A stretch of 64,000 nt of DNA from positions 8,864-72,863 of the forward strand of contig JBEKHW010000004.1 of assembly GCA_050012075.1 (NCBI GenBank), read 5' to 3'. The position numbers were made by a program, and so were the translations under genes. This DNA is from Candidatus Omnitrophota bacterium. GTDB lineage: Bacteria > Omnitrophota > Gorgyraeia > Gygaellales > Profunditerraquicolaceae. The notes below the pieces were generated by a model. It was not told the origin of the DNA. It ran no database searches and saw nothing but the letters and a program-made list of their open reading frames with translations. Position 1 is the first letter of the stretch, and each line of letters begins with the position of its first letter. Positions 59,287 to 64,000 of the stretch are shown piece by piece.

Positions 59287-60116
59287 TGAAGCTGTTTAAT
59301 AAAGTAATAATTGTCGGGACAGGATTAATCGGTGGTTCTCTTGCCATGGCGATGAAGAAGTATAATATTGCCGGCGAAATTGTCGGCATGGGCCGGCATA
59401 AGAAGAATCTCCTGTTGGCAAAGAATATAGGAGCGATAGATTCATTTTCAGAGGACCTCTCGGTGGTAAAAGATGCGGACCTGGTGGTACTGGCAACGCC
59501 TGTGCATATGATTATGAACTTAGGCCGTAAGGTCTCTACCCGCATAAAAAAAGGCTGCATAGTTACTGATGTCGGCAGCACTAAGAAAGAAATAGTCGGG
59601 CTTTTAGAAAGAATAATCCCTGATTATGTCGGCAGTCATCCTCTCGCCGGTTCAGAAAAAAGAAGTATTGCCTATGCAGAACCCGGCATATTTAAGGATT
59701 CACTTTGCATTATTACTCCTACTAAAAAGACAAGCCGTCAGGCGTTAAAGAAGATAGGGAAATTATGGAAAAGGGTGGGTGCCAATGTTGTATTAACCCA
59801 ACCACCCCTTCACGATAAAATTCTGGCATTCACGAGCCATCTCCCTCATGCCCTGGCATTCGCTTTAATTGATAGCGTGCCGCAGGATTACATCAAGTTT
59901 GCTTCAGGGGGGCTCAAAGATACGACCCGTATCGCTGGTTCTGACAGCGAGCTCTGGACGGATATATTCTTAAGTAATTCGCAGAATTTAACTAATTCCC
60001 TGGATAAATTCCAGGAAAAATTATCGGCTTTAAAGCTAGCCATAGGCAAAAAGGACAGGCGCAGGCTGTTTTCTATCCTTAAGAAAGCAAAGGGGAAGAG
60101 AGACGGATTTAAATGA
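59286..60116 (+). CDS. tyrA: Prephenate/arogenate dehydrogenase
   Basis: GTGLIGGS, DVGSTK, HPLAGSE, SHLPH, DTTRIA. Confidence 0.92.
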   Translation: MKLFNKVIIVGTGLIGGSLAMAMKKYNIAGEIVGMGRHKKNLLLAKNIGAIDSFSEDLSVVKDADLVVLATPVHMIMNLGRKVSTRIKKGCIVTDVGSTKKEIVGLLERIIPDYVGSHPLAGSEKRSIAYAEPGIFKDSLCIITPTKKTSRQALKKIGKLWKRVGANVVLTQPPLHDKILAFTSHLPHALAFALIDSVPQDYIKFASGGLKDTTRIAGSDSELWTDIFLSNSQNLTNSLDKFQEKLSALKLAIGKKDRRRLFSILKKAKGKRDGFK

Positions 60117-60808
60117 TTATCGCTATTGACGGGCCTGCAGGCGCAGGAAAGAGCACTATCGCAAAGAAGGTAGCCTGGAAACTGGGCTTTCTTTATATTG
60201 ATACGGGTGCCATGTACAGGGCGCTTGCTTTAAAGGCTATAAAAGAAAATGTTGATATCGCTAGTACCCATAAAATAATCAGTATGACTGCAAGGGCCAC
60301 TATTAATTTAATCAATGACCCGGACGGCACTCTCCAGGTGATGCTTGACGGAAAAGATGTAGGAAGCCAAATACGGCAGCCGGCAATAACCAAAGTCGTT
60401 TCAGATATAGCAAAAATAAAGGAAGTGCGCCAGGTCATGGTGGGCCTGCAGAGAGAGCTGGGGAAGCGCGGCAATAGTGTCCTGGATGGGCGCGATATAG
60501 GCACAGTGGTTTTTCCCAATGCCGAGAAGAAGTTTTACCTGGATGCTGATTTTGCTGAGCGCAGCCGCAGGCGTTATAAGGAGTTGATTGAGGCAGGCCA
60601 GCAGGTGACGCTGGAAAGTGTACAAGCTGATGTAAAGAATCGCGATAATATTGATTCTACGCGCGAGGTAGGGCCATTAAAGCAGGCAGAAGACGCGATT
60701 TATATAGATAGTACTAATATGAGTATTGAGGAAGTAGTTGAAACAGTATTAAGGCACATCAAGTCACCAAGTCACAATGTCACCAAGTCACAGGAAAAAA
60801 CTTTGTGA
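60113..60808 (+). CDS. cmk: Cytidylate kinase
   Basis: IAIDGPAGAGKST, DTGAMYR, GRDIGTVVFP; repeat-derived tail. Confidence 0.96.
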   Translation: MIIAIDGPAGAGKSTIAKKVAWKLGFLYIDTGAMYRALALKAIKENVDIASTHKIISMTARATINLINDPDGTLQVMLDGKDVGSQIRQPAITKVVSDIAKIKEVRQVMVGLQRELGKRGNSVLDGRDIGTVVFPNAEKKFYLDADFAERSRRRYKELIEAGQQVTLESVQADVKNRDNIDSTREVGPLKQAEDAIYIDSTNMSIEEVVETVLRHIKSPSHNVTKSQEKTL

Positions 60809-60834
60809 CTTTGTGGCTTGGTGTACTTTGTGAC
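60763..60834. repeat. GTCACCAA/TTTGTGAC octamer inverted array overlapping the cmk 3' end
   Basis: gtcaccaa gtcacaat gtcaccaa gtcacagg ... tttgtgac tttgtggc ttggtgtac tttgtgac. Confidence 0.85.
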
Positions 60835-60842
60835 CCTCCATA

Positions 60843-62636
60843 ATGGATAAATCGTTAATCAGGAATTTCAGCATTATCGCTCACATAGACCATGGTAAAT
60901 CGACCCTGGCCGACAGGATACTGGAATTGACCGGTGCCGTGGACATGAGGCATAAAGGCGAGCAGCTCTTAGACGATATGGACCTGGAAAAAGAGCGCGG
61001 GATTACCATAAAGGCCTCTATGGTCCGCCTCTCGTATACCGCCTCCGACGGTAAGACCTATATCCTAAATCTTATAGATACTCCCGGCCACGTTGATTTT
61101 ACCTATGAGGTATCTAAGTCCCTTGCTGCCGGGGAAGGCGCAGTACTCGTGGTAGATGCCGGACAGGGGATAGAGGCACAAACAGTGGCAAATTATTACC
61201 TGGCTATGGAGAATAATCTGCAGGTAGTCCCGGTTATCAACAAAATAGACCTGTCAAGTGCCGATATCCCGAGAGTAAAGAGGCAGATTGAATCGGTGCT
61301 GGGATTTAAAGAAGAAGAGATAGTTCTTGCATCGGCAAAAGAAGGCAGGGGTATTCAGGATATATTAGAAAGTATTATCAGGGTGGTGCCTCCACCCGGA
61401 GGGGAATCAACTCATCCTTTGAAGGCATTGGTTTTTGACTGCCGTTTTGATTCTTACCGGGGAGTGGTTGTTTTTGTCAGGGTATTCGACGGTCAAATCA
61501 CAATGGACACTCAGCTTAAAATGATGCACTCAGGCACAGTTTATAAAATTGAAGAATTAGGGGTGCTGGAGAACCTGAAATATACAAAAGTAAATGCCCT
61601 TACCTGCGGTGAAGTAGGATATTTCATGGCAAATATAAGGGATGCGCGGGAGATTATTATCGGAGATACCATAACCGATAACAGGAATCCGTGCGAGAAG
61701 CCCATGGCCGGTTACCGCACCCTTAAGCCGCTGGTATTTTGCGGTATATACCCTGTGAATGCCGCTGATTTCACGGAATTGCGCACGGCTATGGATAAAA
61801 TGAAGCTTTCCGACGCCTCTTTTGTATTTGAGCCGGAAAATTCGCAGTCCTTCGGCTTTGGTTTCCGCTGCGGATTCTTGGGGCTGTTGCATATGGAGAT
61901 AGTGCAGGAACGCCTGGAACGGGAATATAATCTCAATTTGATTCTTACTGTCCCTAACGTCGTATACAAAGTAAAGAAGGTTGGCGGAGAAGTTATCGAA
62001 ATTGATACACCGGCAAAATTCCAGCCGCAGGATGTAGAAGAGGCATATGAGCCCTACGTGAGCCTGCTTATGATTGTCCCTGTTGATACGATTGAACCGG
62101 TATGCGAATTAGCAAAGTCGCGCCGCGGCACATTCCGTTCCAATGAATATTTAGGGGAAGACAGGGTGAAGCTCGTTTTTGAAATTCCGCTTTCAGAAAT
62201 TATCGTTGATTTTTACGACCGGATGAAATCTCTCACAAAGGGGTACGGCTCCCTGGATTACGAATTCAAGGATTACCTCCCCACGAGATTAGTGAAACTG
62301 GATATTATGTTAAACGGAGTCGTATGTGATGCGTTTTCTTCGCTCATACATAAAGACAAGGCAGCGTATAAAGCAAATGCCCTGGTAGATAAATTGAAAG
62401 AACTTATCCCCAGGCAGGTTTTTGAAGTTGTCATCCAGGCAGCTATAGGCAGCCAGGTTATAGCTTCGGCAAAGGTCCGCGCCCTGGCCAAACACGTTAC
62501 CGCAAAATGCTACGGCGGTGATATCACGCGTAAACGTAAACTCTGGGAGAAGCAGAAAGAGGGCAAGAAGCGGCTGAAGCAATTCGGTAGGGTCGAAATC
62601 CCCCAGGAGGCGTTTTTGGAGGTATTGAGGATATGA
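60843..62636 (+). CDS. lepA: Elongation factor 4
   Basis: IRNFSIIAHIDHGKST, FRCGFLGLLH, KCYGGDITRKRKL. Confidence 0.98.
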   Translation: MDKSLIRNFSIIAHIDHGKSTLADRILELTGAVDMRHKGEQLLDDMDLEKERGITIKASMVRLSYTASDGKTYILNLIDTPGHVDFTYEVSKSLAAGEGAVLVVDAGQGIEAQTVANYYLAMENNLQVVPVINKIDLSSADIPRVKRQIESVLGFKEEEIVLASAKEGRGIQDILESIIRVVPPPGGESTHPLKALVFDCRFDSYRGVVVFVRVFDGQITMDTQLKMMHSGTVYKIEELGVLENLKYTKVNALTCGEVGYFMANIRDAREIIIGDTITDNRNPCEKPMAGYRTLKPLVFCGIYPVNAADFTELRTAMDKMKLSDASFVFEPENSQSFGFGFRCGFLGLLHMEIVQERLEREYNLNLILTVPNVVYKVKKVGGEVIEIDTPAKFQPQDVEEAYEPYVSLLMIVPVDTIEPVCELAKSRRGTFRSNEYLGEDRVKLVFEIPLSEIIVDFYDRMKSLTKGYGSLDYEFKDYLPTRLVKLDIMLNGVVCDAFSSLIHKDKAAYKANALVDKLKELIPRQVFEVVIQAAIGSQVIASAKVRALAKHVTAKCYGGDITRKRKLWEKQKEGKKRLKQFGRVEIPQEAFLEVLRI

Positions 62637-63232
62637 AGTTTAAACTGCAGCAATTGGAAAAATTAAGGACAAAATTCGTAAGGGACTGGGTTGAGCCATT
62701 TCTGGTAGCCGCATTCTTTGCCCTTTGTATCATAAGGCCCTTTATTGTAGAGGCATACAAGATTCCCACGGGTTCCATGCGGCCTACGCTTCTTGAGGGA
62801 GATTTGATTTTTGTGAATAAGTTTATCCATGGTGCGCGCATACCTTTTACCTTCGTAAGGCTACCCGCCTTAAGGAAACCGGTGCGCGGAGAAGTAATTG
62901 TCTTTAAGTATCCTGTGGACCCCTCCAAAAACTATATAAAAAGATTGGTGGGTTTTCCGGGCGAGACAGTCGAGATTAAAAACTACACAATATACATCGA
63001 TGGCAGGCCGTTGACAGACCCTCCCTTCGGGGAGCGCGCCTACTATAACCGCGGCAGTTACGGCGCAGAAGGAGTAAAAATCACCGTCCCCAAAGACAGC
63101 TACTTTGTATTAGGCGACAATTCCGCTTCATCGCTTGACAGCCGTTTCTGGGGTTTTGTGCCGTATAAGTATCTGCAGGGAGGGGCGATGGTTATCTGGT
63201 GGCCATTGAGTAGGATTAGGATAATCAGGTGA
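62633..63232 (+). CDS. lepB: Signal peptidase I
   Basis: IPTGSMRPTL, YIKRLVG, GDNS..S.DSR. Confidence 0.95.
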   Translation: MKFKLQQLEKLRTKFVRDWVEPFLVAAFFALCIIRPFIVEAYKIPTGSMRPTLLEGDLIFVNKFIHGARIPFTFVRLPALRKPVRGEVIVFKYPVDPSKNYIKRLVGFPGETVEIKNYTIYIDGRPLTDPPFGERAYYNRGSYGAEGVKITVPKDSYFVLGDNSASSLDSRFWGFVPYKYLQGGAMVIWWPLSRIRIIR

Positions 63233-63312
63233 ACCCCGCACCTTCTTTAAATTCACTACATAAGAAGGCGGGGTATAAATGAACTGTTTGACTAAAGGAG
63301 AAGGTGCGGGGT
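63233..63312. mobile_element. CCCCGCACCTT..AAGGTGCGGGG mini-element, copy 2
   Basis: 14-bp inverted repeat accccgcaccttct / agaaggtgcggggt; TGAA direct repeat on both sides of CCCC..GGGG. Confidence 0.8.
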
Positions 63313-63874
63313 GAATATTGCCAATAAGATTTCAACCTTCCGTATTTTAAGCGTTCCTTTCTTCGTTGCCTGCCTCATTTATTATTCTCCCGAAAGAGCC
63401 TATCTTAGGTTTGCTGCACTTGGTATCTTTATATTAGGTATTATCTCGGATGCTGTAGACGGCTACATAGCGCGAAGGGCAAAACAACAGTCCCGCGCCG
63501 GGCTAATACTGGATCCACTGGGAGATAAACTATTACTGATGAGCGCATTTATATTTCTTTCCGGGATAAGTAAGATCCGCCCGGACTTTCCAGTCTGGGT
63601 AACACTTGTCGTAATCAGCAGGGATATGATCATACTTTTGGGGACTCTGGTAATTTATCTGGTAAAACAGAATCTGGATATTTATCCTACGAGATGGGGA
63701 AAGCTCACTACTACCTTCCAAATGGCAGCGGTTGCGAGCGTGCTTATACAGCTGTCTTTTTCATTCGTATTCTGGTGGCTGGCAGTGGTTCTTACCCTTA
63801 TTTCGGGATTTGATTATACAATGAGAGGGTTTAAAATACTTTATGGCGCGGATAATCACAGGAATAATATTTAG
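63311..63874 (+). CDS. CDP-alcohol phosphatidyltransferase (PgsA-like)
   Basis: [27 protein letters not shown]. Confidence 0.9.
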   Translation: MNIANKISTFRILSVPFFVACLIYYSPERAYLRFAALGIFILGIISDAVDGYIARRAKQQSRAGLILDPLGDKLLLMSAFIFLSGISKIRPDFPVWVTLVVISRDMIILLGTLVIYLVKQNLDIYPTRWGKLTTTFQMAAVASVLIQLSFSFVFWWLAVVLTLISGFDYTMRGFKILYGADNHRNNI

Positions 63875-64000
63875 TTACCTGATTGGTTCGATACCTACCG
63901 CGTATATCTTTGGCAGGGCGTTAAAGGGAATTGATATACGCGATTTCGGCTCAGGCAATATGGGGGCTACCAATGCGTTACGGGTATTGGGTAAGAAAGC
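63843..64000 (+). CDS. plsY: Glycerol-3-phosphate acyltransferase PlsY (partial)
   Basis: Hand translation [45 protein letters not shown]. Confidence 0.9.
   Translation, partial: MARIITGIIFSYLIGSIPTAYIFGRALKGIDIRDFGSGNMGATNALRVLGKK

Noticed and set aside
62-63721. Numerous other minus-strand and nested short ORFs in the track
   Set aside because: They are shadows of well-supported + strand genes and show no motifs.

Overview
A 64-kb chromosomal window from a diderm bacterium (LptD, TolC present). Gene order and protein style suggest Candidatus Omnitrophota, which is an inference. All credible protein genes are on the + strand: a Ni/Co ECF transporter, an AbrB-TolC-MacAB-MFS efflux operon, miaB/miaA/hflX, a heat-shock cluster (hspR-like, hrcA, grpE, dnaK, dnaJ), accD, c-di-GMP enzymes, LptD with nucleotide-sugar enzymes, dnaG-rpoD, oxidative-stress genes, two tRNAs, rnhA, rnpB, ruvCA, scpB, aromatic amino-acid genes, cmk, lepAB, a pgsA-like gene and plsY. 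I found no CRISPR array, integrase or transposase. The novelty is in the non-coding DNA. (1) A hairpin module is nested inside itself up to three levels deep and sits directly before the Shine-Dalgarno (SD) of dnaK, a DUF2934 gene and a superoxide-reductase-like gene. (2) The RNase P RNA is inflated to ~560 nt by several repeat families while lacking P13/P14. (3) An integration scar splits the 5' end of miaB around an AT-rich cargo gene. (4) Heptamer/octamer inverted arrays and CCCCG..CGGGG mini-elements invade proteins, stop codons and RNA helices. (5) There are deletion scars of clpB (fused to a CIRCE) and of a ferritin-like gene. (6) DnaK and DnaJ look archaeal-type but sit under HrcA/CIRCE control.
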